Shown: one piece after another, positions 39,159 through 48,682 of the stretch
How the letters are laid out: each line of letters starts with the position of its first letter
Position numbering within the stretch: the first letter of the stretch is position 1
Assembly: GCA_001567355.1 (NCBI GenBank)
Contig: JYNZ01000006.1
Span: forward strand, 18,109 to 82,108
Reading direction: 5' to 3'
Length of the DNA stretch: 64,000 nucleotides
DNA from: a candidate division WS6 bacterium OLB20
GTDB taxonomy: Bacteria; Patescibacteriota; Dojkabacteria; B142; OLB20
Made by a program: the position numbers and the translations under genes
The notes under the pieces: generated by a model
Database searches by the model: none
What the model saw: only the letters and a program-made list of their open reading frames with translations
What the model was told of the DNA's origin: nothing

Positions 39159-40969
39159 TTATAAGTAGAGTATATCATCCCATGGGTGACGATACAGACC
39201 TTCGTTCATACGCTTCTGGTCAAGAATGTGACCTATCATGCCGATGCTCCGGGACAGAGCGAACAGACCGTTTAACGCGCCGGCGTCGATTATCGTTCGG
39301 ACCTCCTCATCGCTGAAGCGTCCCTGTTTAAGAATATCAAGAAAGATAACTGCTACAGCACCATCGACGTTCAAAATCAGGTTGTTTTTCTTTTTTAATG
39401 TCTCTGACTCTACGGCAAGAGCAAAATCAAGATACGGTGTTTTTTTCAGTTCACGACCTGCAAACTTTTTCAGCAGTTCTACACGTTTGTCCGGATTCTG
39501 CACAGTCTTGATCCGGTGACCGATTCCCATGATCAGTTCGCCTTTGCGCTTCATCTGTAATACAAAATCGCGTGCGGAAAGCCCGGCTGCCACTGATTCA
39601 AATGCCCATCTGGCAGCCCCGTCAACGGCACCGCCATGTCTGGGGCCGATGGTAAGCAGCCCGGCTGCAAGCGAGTCAACCAGATCTTTACCTGCGCGTG
39701 CAGTGACGATTGCGTTATGTGCGGTTGCAACCGCAGGACCGTGGTCGGCCATGATTTTAACGGCGTATTCCAGAAAATCCTCGCCGGTTTTTGGAAGCGG
39801 CCCTGGAACCAGAGCTGGTTGAGCAGATGTCCAAACGGTTTATTCAGAAACGTGCTGATCTCTTTTTTGTTGTAGGTGGGCTCCTCACCACGGTCGTCGG
39901 AAACTGAACTGACAATCGATGTCGGGCGGCGGACCTTGTTCTGCTTCAGAGCGTCTGCAAACTCAAGTGGTGGCAGCCTGTACCCGTTATCTGCGGGCTC
40001 TCTATAGTTTCTCTTTGCTGACACATGTTCACTGAAGACTTTACCGATAAGCTTTCCCAGGTCGTTAAACGATGCTGGTACGTAAGCACCGGCATCCTTG
40101 AGAGCTTTGTTTTTGGCCTGTGCTGACTCGTCATCGGCCCCTGATTTTGCTCCGGCATGGCCAAACTGCACTTCGGTCGCGAACTGCCTGGCTACTGTCC
40201 CGGTTACCCAGATCACAAGCGGCTTTTTGATCCGTCCATCTTTGAGAGCCTTTGCGATTTCGTATTCTGCCGTTCCGCCTATCTCGCCAAGGACGACATG
40301 CATTTTTACACCCTGGTCAGCCTCCAGTCGGAGAATGTTATCAAGAAGGGTGGAGCCGGGCCAGGTATCTCCGCCGATAGCGATACCTTCGTAGACGCCG
40401 TCTGTCTGCTGAGCAACGATATGATAGATTTCTAGTGACATTCCGCCAGAGATGGTTACAACACCGACGCTGCCGGGACGGTACAGCCTGGCTTCGATAA
40501 TACTCTCGATTGAACCTGCTGTGTTGCCGATCCGAAATGCACCGGGTTTGATTCCACCCACTGTCGCAGGGCCGATAAGCCAGGTGTCGTTTTCGGCGGA
40601 TGCCCGGATAAGATCCCTTGTCTGATTTTCGGGCATGCCCTCTGCTGTTATGGCGACCGTTCTGATTGATTTCGTCATGATCGCTTCCAGACTTGTTGCG
40701 TATGCTGAGCGCATTGATGCAAAACTCACCATGACATCGGCATCAGGATGTGCTGCTGCTGCCTCTGTTATGGTCGTATATACAGGTATCAGAATCTCGG
40801 CTGATCCGAAAAATGTCTTGTGCATTCCGCTGCGGTTGGGGTTGACGATTGCAGCAATGCTTGGTTTCTCCCTGTTGCAGAGCCAGTCATAATCAAGCAT
40901 ACGCTGTATCGGGAGCGGATGTTCATTGTAAAAAATCGCCTGTGTATCTGTGGAAAAAAGCTGTTTCAT
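39159..40969 (-). pseudogene. aclA: ATP-citrate lyase large subunit (CoA-binding/SucD-like + citrate-synthase-like) with 1-nt frameshift near 39785-39792
   Basis: 'ATVGGIKPG', catalytic 'EVQFGHAGA', then '...LLNQLWFQ' goes out of frame. The -1 frame gives 'RLPKTGEDFLEYAVKIMADHGPAV...GIGHRIK...LYRHPWDDI', collinear with eukaryotic ACLY. Confidence 0.8.
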
Positions 40970-42249
40970 GAAAGTGCCTGTGTTGCTTTAGCTAGAATTG
41001 CGGTCATATATGTCTCCGGACCGTAGACTTCGATCGGCAGTCCCATGGCAGTAACTGCATTTCTGATCAGTGATAGTCCAGCCTCATAGTTGGGGCCGCC
41101 ACGCCTGACAAAGATTTTCACTTTGTCCTTCTTAAGCATCGATTCATGTTTTTTAAGAGCGCTGATGACTCCGGTAAACGTTTTCTTTACGTCAGTAAAG
41201 TTTGCTATACCACCCCCAATAATCAGAACTTTCTTTTTGGCGCTGCTCTTAGCCATCTCGGTAAGAACAATATCCGCATAGGCTTCGGTCTCGTCCGTTG
41301 TCGGATTGCCACTGTACTCACCATAGTTGGCAAGTCTGTCAGCAAATCCGAGATCACCTACTGTATCAGCAAAGATGACACTTCCACCGCCACCCGATGT
41401 CAGCATCCAGATGCTGCCGTTGGGGTTTAGGATCTTTAGCTTTAGCGATGCCCCTGACTTTGCATCAAGTTTCTCGATCTTACGCTCCGCCTCACTGTCA
41501 CTGGTCCCGAACGGTTTTGGAAAGTCAACCTGTGCTGGTGCCCACTTAGTCTCGTTCATGTATTCTGCAGTGTCATCAAGCCGTGCGACACAGTCAAGCA
41601 GGTGATACTGCCCGTCCTCGATCACAAGGGGGTTGATCTCAAGATAGGTAAAATCAAGAAAGCTGAACACCTGATGCAGTGCAGAAGCAAAATCAATCAG
41701 TAAGTCACGGTTGTCTGACTGCAGTCTGCCCCACAGCTCTTTACGGATATCCTCTGACAGAGGCTTAGCCTCAAGCGAAAACGGGATCTGTACCGTAATC
41801 ACTTTGTCCCAGTTATCTTCCACGTCAACACCACCGGATTCTGACAGGTAAAGTTCGTTGTGCGTGCGTTTTGCTGAAATGGCAACGTAGTACTCCCCGG
41901 TATGTGCAACTTTTGGTTCGACAAGGAAGGTTTTCAGTTTGCCGCTGATGCCGCGGTCGCCCCTGCCGCGCAGAACGGTTACGGTCTGGGCTGATTTGTC
42001 GCGTATCCAGCGCAGTATGTCGTCAGCATTATCAGAAAGATAGATCAGATTGTTTTTGCCGCGTTTGCCGAACAGTTCATCCGGTTTTGCAACGTAGCCG
42101 TTTTGAAATCCGGGGAGGCTGTACCGGTGTACATCATCGGCATCGATGGCGATACCCTGATATTTCTGATTGAAGCCGTTCAGATACAGCGGGAGGTAAT
42201 GGTAAAGCAGCTGTTTAGCAGTAAACTCACGGATTGCTTTTTGCGCCAT
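40966..42249 (-). CDS. aclB: ATP-citrate lyase small subunit (ATP-grasp/SucC-like)
   Basis: Collinear with the ACLY N-terminus: 'DAKSGASLKLKILNPNGSIWMLTSGGGGSV', 'ANYGEYSGNPT', 'IIGGGIANFTDV', 'IFVRRGGPNY'. 4-nt overlap with aclA. Confidence 0.85.
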   Translation of the reverse strand: MAQKAIREFTAKQLLYHYLPLYLNGFNQKYQGIAIDADDVHRYSLPGFQNGYVAKPDELFGKRGKNNLIYLSDNADDILRWIRDKSAQTVTVLRGRGDRGISGKLKTFLVEPKVAHTGEYYVAISAKRTHNELYLSESGGVDVEDNWDKVITVQIPFSLEAKPLSEDIRKELWGRLQSDNRDLLIDFASALHQVFSFLDFTYLEINPLVIEDGQYHLLDCVARLDDTAEYMNETKWAPAQVDFPKPFGTSDSEAERKIEKLDAKSGASLKLKILNPNGSIWMLTSGGGGSVIFADTVGDLGFADRLANYGEYSGNPTTDETEAYADIVLTEMAKSSAKKKVLIIGGGIANFTDVKKTFTGVISALKKHESMLKKDKVKIFVRRGGPNYEAGLSLIRNAVTAMGLPIEVYGPETYMTAILAKATQALS

Positions 42250-43130
42250 TTAAAGTGAATGCATCAATTAACATAGCTTTGGCAGCATCAAACCTGCGAG
42301 CGGGCAGCAGACCGTATTCACTGCTGTCCGTATCGGTTTCGTGATGAGTCAGTTTGAAAAAATCTTCAAGCTGCTGCCTGAAGCTGTCGTTGTACTCGGC
42401 GGCGATACATGCCGCTTCACGAAGATGCAGATATGAAATACCCTTCCAGTCCTGGATCGCATTAACTATGTTTATAGCATCTTTTGCTTCACTGAGTCTA
42501 TAAAACGGAGATGACACTATATGTTCCATCAGATCCGGCTGAGCAATCCCGACAAGAAACTGCTCCAGTTTGCTGATTACTGCTTTGCGCTTTGCCGGGA
42601 ACAGTCTCGCGAGGTTAATGTAAACCGAATAGACAACCCCCTTACGGTCATTGTGTGTAAGCATCCGGATGTCATAAAACGGTCCTGATATCTCAGGCAC
42701 CTCCTGTGTGTAGTGTCCCCGGTAAAATACCTTCGGCGGCATAAAATCGACGTAGCAGAATTCACCATCACGGATGCGGTAGACAAAGTTACGCACGGAG
42801 GTATCAATCCCGACCGGCAGCAGATCACGGTCGGTAGAGGTAAGCAGGGGTTTGTAAATATCCTGCAACATGCGCTCCACATACATCTCAAAATTTGATT
42901 CGTCGACAACATCTACAAAATCCAGCCCTTCAAACCGCTCTACTACAACCAGACTGAAGTCGTTGTCGTTTTTTGATGATCTCAATGGTTTTCAGCTCAG
43001 ACGTAGGAATGTGCATGTCCTCAAATGCGTTTCTCTGCAGGACAATGCGTTGTCTCAGGTCATCAATTTCATTCCGGCTTAAAAACGTAAGCGGATATTT
43101 TTTTTTCGATAAGTTTATTACCGTTGTCAT
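42227..43130 (-). pseudogene. Hypothetical protein; two ORFs (42930..43130, 42227..42985) joined if the T6 run at 42969-42974 is T5
   Basis: The downstream part starts only at TTG. Removing one base from the homopolymer yields a continuous ~300-aa ORF '...TIEIIKNDNDFSLVVVERFEG...'. No motif recognised. Confidence 0.35.
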
Positions 43131-43177
43131 GATATATCCTGATTTCGGAGTAGTACTTGGTCTGAGTGCTCATATGT

Positions 43178-44266
43178 TCAGAGGAATTTTTCCAGCTCGG
43201 TGCCGTCAAACTCCTTCAGCATTTTTTTAATGGTCGGGATCTGGTTCTTATGACAGACCAGGATTGCATCAGGAGTGTTTACAACAATAAAGCCGTCCAG
43301 GCCGATTGTGGTAACCAGCTGTTTTTTGACAAAGTTATAGACAAGTGAGTCACGGGTGTCGTGGTTATAGACGAGTCCTTTGCTGACATTATCCCCGTCA
43401 CTCTCCTGCAGAAACTGTTTGAGAGCGTAGAGCGTTCCAGGATCAGCCCATTCATAATCACCTCCCAGAACGAGATTGCGATCATTATCCATCAGTTCGA
43501 GGATCGCATCATCAAACGAGATGCTTTCCATTTCCGGATAGATTTTTTCTATGGCATCATTTTCGTGGTCAGTATCAAGGGCTTTCTGTATCTGCATCAG
43601 CTGCTCGTACATTGCCGGCTGAAGCTGTCTGTACTGGTCGAGGACAAAATCAGGCGTTGTAACAAAGTATCCCGGATTCCAGAGATGGGTGCCTGCCTCA
43701 AACCACTCCTGCGCTTTCTTGAGTTCCGGCCGGTAGGTAAAGCTTTTTTTGCGGAATATCTTCAGTCCGTTACGCTCCTCAACCTCTTCGCCTTTTTCAA
43801 TCCAGCCAAGGTTTTCGTTGGGATACTGCGGCTGCTCACCCAGAAACAGCAGACGCTCGGGATCATCTTTGATGAACTGCTCAGCAGTAGTCAGAGCTTT
43901 GTGAAAGTTGTCTGTGTTACCGATAACGCTGTCACTCCAGAGAATCGCTACCGGTTCGCTGCCTGAGCCCATCTTGGCGAGCTTAACCATCGACAGTCCC
44001 ACGGCCGGGGCCAGATCGCGTCTCTCGGGCTCGGTAACAATATGGGTAAGCGGCAGAGCAGGAAAGGTGTTTTTGACCAGAGCAGCAAGAAGCTCTGTGG
44101 TTGATACGAATATACTGTTCCAGCCGTACCACTCTGACAGCTTTCCAAGCTGCATTTCAATAGTAGACTGGTTGTTGATCAGAGGTATAAACTGCTTGGG
44201 GAATTTGTTCCGGCTGATCGGCCAGAATCTTGTGCCTGAGCCACCTGCGAATACGATTATCTTCAT
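43178..44266 (-). CDS. manC: Mannose-1-phosphate guanylyltransferase-like sugar nucleotidyltransferase
   Basis: 'IVFAGGSGTRFWPISRNKFPKQF' signature; 362 aa (no isomerase domain). Confidence 0.75.
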   Translation of the reverse strand: MKIIVFAGGSGTRFWPISRNKFPKQFIPLINNQSTIEMQLGKLSEWYGWNSIFVSTTELLAALVKNTFPALPLTHIVTEPERRDLAPAVGLSMVKLAKMGSGSEPVAILWSDSVIGNTDNFHKALTTAEQFIKDDPERLLFLGEQPQYPNENLGWIEKGEEVEERNGLKIFRKKSFTYRPELKKAQEWFEAGTHLWNPGYFVTTPDFVLDQYRQLQPAMYEQLMQIQKALDTDHENDAIEKIYPEMESISFDDAILELMDNDRNLVLGGDYEWADPGTLYALKQFLQESDGDNVSKGLVYNHDTRDSLVYNFVKKQLVTTIGLDGFIVVNTPDAILVCHKNQIPTIKKMLKEFDGTELEKFL

Positions 44267-44351
44267 AAGGTTTATCCAACTCTAATGACTGGATTCTAGC
44301 ACATCCGAGGCTGTTCTGTACCTGCACGCAGCTGTCTGGTTGATATACAAG

Positions 44352-45362
44352 CTATATCGGGATATGTATGATGTGCTCGGCAATCCTTGCAGGATCATGC
44401 CTGATGAAGCTGCGTGGAACCACATCGCTTGATACACGCTTAAATTCCTGACCCTCAAGCCAGAGCTTGTCGCGGATGACTTTGTAACCGCTGTCGTCTC
44501 CAAGATCGTCATTGACCATTTCCCATTTTTCCTCCTCATATTTTTTGTTGATGTCTTCAGGAAGATCCGAGTCGTTTACGATCACATAATCGATCGGGCT
44601 TTTAAGGTAGTTCTGGACTTCGTGAACAAAGTCTGAAGCCCGCCATCCGTGTGTCTGGTTGAATTTTGTCATCAGGTTGCAGACGTAAACCACCTGTGCG
44701 TTTGATTCGGCAATCGCATCAGCAATACCCTCGACAAGAAGGTTGGCAACGATGTTTGAGTAGATATCACCCGGACCGAGCACGATCTTGTCGGCATTTC
44801 GCAAAACATCCAGAGCCTGATCGTATGCCTTTGGTGATGGTTTCAGATACGCACGCACCACTTTACGGCCGTTCATAAGCGGCAGGTTGTCAATCTCGTG
44901 CTGACTCTCAAGCACTGTGCCGTCATCGTATTCGCATCCCAGTTTGATACTTTCGGTTGTTGAAGGGTACACCTCGCCGCGAACTCGCAGGATTTTATGT
45001 GCGATCTTAAGCGCTTCGGGGATATCTCCTTTGGTAGCCTCAAACAGTCCCAGCAGAATGATGTTTCCGACACTGTGACCCTTAAGATCGGATCCGTGCT
45101 CAAATCTGTGCATGAAAACGCGTGCAAGTTCTTCGTTTTCTGCCAGTCCGACCAGCGCATCCCTGAAGTCGCCCCCGAAACTGGGCATGTTGTACTCCTC
45201 ACGCATGCGTCCGGTACTGCCTCCGTCATCAGCCATCGCGAGGATGGTTGCAACCTCCGCCTGGGCATAATCGCGCAGTCCGGTAAGAATCATCAGTGAT
45301 CCTGTGCCGCCGCCAAGTGTCACAATCTTCTGTTTCATAATTTGGTCAGTCAGATATGTCAC
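44352..45362 (-). CDS. YvcK/CofD-family (UPF0052) protein
   Basis: 'TLGGGTGS', 'ADDGGSTG'. Confidence 0.75.
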   Translation of the reverse strand: MTYLTDQIMKQKIVTLGGGTGSLMILTGLRDYAQAEVATILAMADDGGSTGRMREEYNMPSFGGDFRDALVGLAENEELARVFMHRFEHGSDLKGHSVGNIILLGLFEATKGDIPEALKIAHKILRVRGEVYPSTTESIKLGCEYDDGTVLESQHEIDNLPLMNGRKVVRAYLKPSPKAYDQALDVLRNADKIVLGPGDIYSNIVANLLVEGIADAIAESNAQVVYVCNLMTKFNQTHGWRASDFVHEVQNYLKSPIDYVIVNDSDLPEDINKKYEEEKWEMVNDDLGDDSGYKVIRDKLWLEGQEFKRVSSDVVPRSFIRHDPARIAEHIIHIPI

Positions 45363-45377
45363 CGTGATTGTACATAA

Positions 45378-46322
45378 TTATGTCAGCAGAGAGAACCCCC
45401 GGCTTGAATGCACTGAGCCGTCCGAGCTGATGAGCATCCCCTCGATATCATTCTCTTTTTCCAGAAGACGGATGCCATCGCTTCCTGTCACAAACAGAGC
45501 AGTCGACCACAGATCAGCAGCAGTTGCTGATGCGGCTGTAACATAGCTCTGGCTGGATGTGTTATCGGGCAGTCCGCTTTTCGGGTTAAGCAGATGATGA
45601 AACCAGGCGACACGTCGCACCCAACCACCTGACCCTGCCAGCGCAGCTGCCTCGGTTTCGATGTAGCCGAGCAGCTCGGGGTCACTGATCGCCTTGTTGG
45701 GCAGGCCGAGTTTGACCACGCCAAGCTTCCACGGAGATCCGTCAGCATGTGTACCGCCGGCACGGAGGTCGCCGCCGGCATTGATTTTGAAGCCCGTGTG
45801 CCCGGACAGTTTCTCAGCCGCAAGATCGATGGCATACCCCTTGCCGATGCTGCCCAGATCGAGTCTTTGTCCCCGGACAAGTCTGACTGTCATTGCATCG
45901 CGGTCAAGCTCGATCTCACGAAAAGAAGGCCGGTCCTTCACGTACGAACGGATGTTGCCAAGAAAGTCAGGGTCATTCATCCTCGTGTAATCCTGTTCTT
46001 TTGAGAATCCGTACATCTCAAGCAGGTCAATGATTGTCGGGTCAAACGCCCCATCTGTTTTTTCCGCCACAGAGAGCATGGTCTCGATCAGGCTGAACAG
46101 GTCTTCTGATACAGGGAATATCTGACCGGAGGATGCATTGAGTCTGGACAGCTCGCTCGACGGTTCAAAACGGGTAAAACGTTTTACTACGTTATCAAAC
46201 TGGGTGTAAGCATCATTAATGGCGGTGCGGGCTGCAACCGTACCGCGGTCTGATATCAGGGTGATCTGTATCCGGGTGTTCATAAACACCCGCTCGTCAG
46301 TGAATTCTGTTGCGGCGGGCAT
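45378..46322 (-). CDS. apbE: FAD:protein FMN transferase (ApbE family)
   Basis: 'RFEPSSELSRLN', 'GAFDPT', 'LDLGSIGKGYAID', 'INAGGDL'. Confidence 0.8.
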   Translation of the reverse strand: MPAATEFTDERVFMNTRIQITLISDRGTVAARTAINDAYTQFDNVVKRFTRFEPSSELSRLNASSGQIFPVSEDLFSLIETMLSVAEKTDGAFDPTIIDLLEMYGFSKEQDYTRMNDPDFLGNIRSYVKDRPSFREIELDRDAMTVRLVRGQRLDLGSIGKGYAIDLAAEKLSGHTGFKINAGGDLRAGGTHADGSPWKLGVVKLGLPNKAISDPELLGYIETEAAALAGSGGWVRRVAWFHHLLNPKSGLPDNTSSQSYVTAASATAADLWSTALFVTGSDGIRLLEKENDIEGMLISSDGSVHSSRGFSLLT

Positions 46323-47028
46323 AGGCTATCTTTCTGATAAGCAGGATGCCGAAACTGATAAACAGCGCACCCAGAAACAGTCCCGCGCCGCCTCCAAGAT
46401 CGCTCGCGAGATCGTTTTTCGGCAGCTGCGTCGGAAAGAGGGTGCCGCCTCCTCCTGTTGGCAGGGGTGTTACGGTACCGGTGCTGTCGCTGACCGTAAT
46501 ACTGACACTGTTTACAGACTGCAGGATGTCGGTATTGTTGCTGCTGACGAGAGAACTGTTGTTTTTGATGATCTCGACCTGTCCCAGACCTTCCTGCACA
46601 GCACGAAACTCAATTGTAGCCACACTTCGTCCCGAAATACTGGCTGCTCCCTGATCGCTGGCGCCCTTCAGGTTGATGATGCCGCTTGCCGTGCTTGCCT
46701 GGTTGGTTTCGGCAATGAAAAATGTATCGAGGTAACTGATCTGTGTGTTTGGGGTGCCGGGTTCGGCATCAACAACCTCCAGCAGTTGCGGGTTGTAGGT
46801 TATCTGCACATTAAACTCCTGCACCTCCTGACCGCGTGTGTCGATAACAATGTCTACTTCAATGGTCTGGCCGGTAGCTATGCCGAACTGATCGGTGCTC
46901 AGTGAGATCGATGGACCCGAAACAGCCGTCGGCGTTGGTGAGCCTGTCCCGCCTGGCGGATTGAACGGTATGGTCGGGACAGCAACATCATCCAGACCCT
47001 GTGCTTGTACAGCGGGAAAAAGATCCAT
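46297..47028 (-). CDS. Cell-surface protein with cohesin-like beta domain and C-terminal hydrophobic anchor + basic tail
   Basis: 'IEVDIVIDTRGQEVQEFNVQITYNPQLLEVVD' resembles cohesin/Ig-like folds. Ends '...LPKND...GGGAGLFLGALFISFGILLIRKIAYARRNRIH'. Confidence 0.4.
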   Translation of the reverse strand: MDLFPAVQAQGLDDVAVPTIPFNPPGGTGSPTPTAVSGPSISLSTDQFGIATGQTIEVDIVIDTRGQEVQEFNVQITYNPQLLEVVDAEPGTPNTQISYLDTFFIAETNQASTASGIINLKGASDQGAASISGRSVATIEFRAVQEGLGQVEIIKNNSSLVSSNNTDILQSVNSVSITVSDSTGTVTPLPTGGGGTLFPTQLPKNDLASDLGGGAGLFLGALFISFGILLIRKIAYARRNRIH

Positions 47029-47292
47029 GCTATCAGTTTTACACGCCCGACAACCTTTGTAAAGTCATGAATCACGCGGTGATTGCCTTTCAACTGTATC
47101 GGCTATCTGACCGGTAAGTCTGTCCAGTTTCTGATTCAGTTTCCAGATGTCGCTTCTGATCGCTGCTTCTGTCCTGCGCAGTTCGGATAGTATTTTTTCT
47201 GCGGCAGTGCATGTGTTCTTTCTGATAATTTTTGGCATATGTGCTAGTATTCATGCGAATGTAGCATCTAGTTCTTAACTCCTCACTAAATC

Positions 47293-48003
47293 ATGGAAAA
47301 GGTCTCCGTAATCAAACTGGGCGGATCAATGGTCTCCAAGGGAATGGATAACCTGTTCGACTTCGCTTATCTGGCAAGACTTAAAGACGTACTTCTCAAG
47401 CGAACACAGGATGGTGAGAAATTCTTTATTGTGCTCGGCGGCGGATACCTGATGAGGATGTATCGTGACATGGCCCGCGAGGCTGGCGTCAGTGACCACA
47501 CGCAGCTGCACTGGATCGGTACAACAGTCAATGTGCTGCACGGAGAGATCGTCCGCGCATATCTTAGTGATCACGCCGATGATGGTGTGTACAAATATGA
47601 TGAATATTACTCGGACGAGCCCTTGCGAATAGAAAAATCATTTAAAATAGGCGGTGGCGGCAGACCCGGACACAGCGGAGATGTCGATGCAATCCTTGCA
47701 GCAAAAAAGCTTGGTGCCGATCGTATCTACAGTCTTAAAAATGTAGATGCGGTCTATGATAAAGATCCTTCAAAGTTTGACGACGCAATACGTGTCCCCG
47801 AGGCAACATGGGATGATTACTTTGCGATTATCGGCAACAAAAAAGAGCATGAACCGGGCGGTAATTATCCGATTGACCCCGTTGCTGCAGGTATGGCTCA
47901 GGAATCTGGGCTGGAATTTGTTATCTTGGATGGAAAAGATCTGCCAAACTTCGAGCATGCTTTGAATGGCGAGCAATTTACGGGTACAATTGTGTCAGAT
48001 TAA
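47293..48003 (+). CDS. Amino-acid-kinase family protein (UMP kinase-like; isopentenyl phosphate kinase not excluded)
   Basis: 'VIKLGGSMVS', 'FIVLGGG', 'GGGGRPGHSGD', 'VDAVYDKDP'. Confidence 0.55.
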   Translation: MEKVSVIKLGGSMVSKGMDNLFDFAYLARLKDVLLKRTQDGEKFFIVLGGGYLMRMYRDMAREAGVSDHTQLHWIGTTVNVLHGEIVRAYLSDHADDGVYKYDEYYSDEPLRIEKSFKIGGGGRPGHSGDVDAILAAKKLGADRIYSLKNVDAVYDKDPSKFDDAIRVPEATWDDYFAIIGNKKEHEPGGNYPIDPVAAGMAQESGLEFVILDGKDLPNFEHALNGEQFTGTIVSD

Positions 48004-48014
48004 CACTACCCGCT

Positions 48015-48425
48015 ATGAATAATATGTTCCGTATCGTACTTAACATAATGCTGTTTATCACCTTCATGGTGATAATGCCCGGTATCAGCTCGCCAAAGGG
48101 GCCCGTAGCTGCAATCATTGCAGGCTTCGGCTTTGCTCTGATCATGACGCTGCTTGCCAATATTCTCAACTTTTTCAAATTTCCTGATAACTTCTGGGGT
48201 AATTTTCTGATCGGCACACTACTGACGCTGCTGTACTTTGTGCTGCTGCAGTTCCTGATCAGGGGGATTATCGAGTTCGGAGCCGGGTATATCGGCGGCA
48301 GCGACTTTATTATTTTCACACTGCCTAAACTAGTCACTCTTGCTGATCCGCTTTTTGTTCTGGTATTCAGTGCTGTAGCACTCGTCCTGTGTAGTATAAT
48401 ACTCGACAAGCTGTCCGACAGTTAA
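48015..48425 (+). CDS. Small 4-TM membrane protein (holin-like/DUF360-like)
   Basis: Four hydrophobic helices; no motif. Confidence 0.35.
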   Translation: MNNMFRIVLNIMLFITFMVIMPGISSPKGPVAAIIAGFGFALIMTLLANILNFFKFPDNFWGNFLIGTLLTLLYFVLLQFLIRGIIEFGAGYIGGSDFIIFTLPKLVTLADPLFVLVFSAVALVLCSIILDKLSDS

Positions 48426-48441
48426 TTATTTCTTTGTACAC

Positions 48442-48672
48442 ATGCTCAACGCACTTAATCTTGCAGAAATCATCATCAGTGTTGCGCTGATAATCGTCAT
48501 TCTGCTGCAGCAGCAGGGTTCCGGTCTGGGTACAATGTTCGGTGGTGCAGGAGGCGAAAGCTATCGTTCCAAACGCGGAGCGGAGGCGGTCCTGTTCAAT
48601 CTGACGATTGTTCTCGTAACCCTTTTCATCGTCGTCGGAGTAGCTATCGCTGTAGTCAGCGCAAACGCCTGA
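48442..48672 (+). CDS. secG: Preprotein translocase subunit SecG
   Basis: 76 aa, two TM helices flanking Gly-rich 'QQQGSGLGTMFGGAGGES'. Confidence 0.6.
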   Translation: MLNALNLAEIIISVALIIVILLQQQGSGLGTMFGGAGGESYRSKRGAEAVLFNLTIVLVTLFIVVGVAIAVVSANA

Positions 48673-48682
48673 TCCGTTCAAC

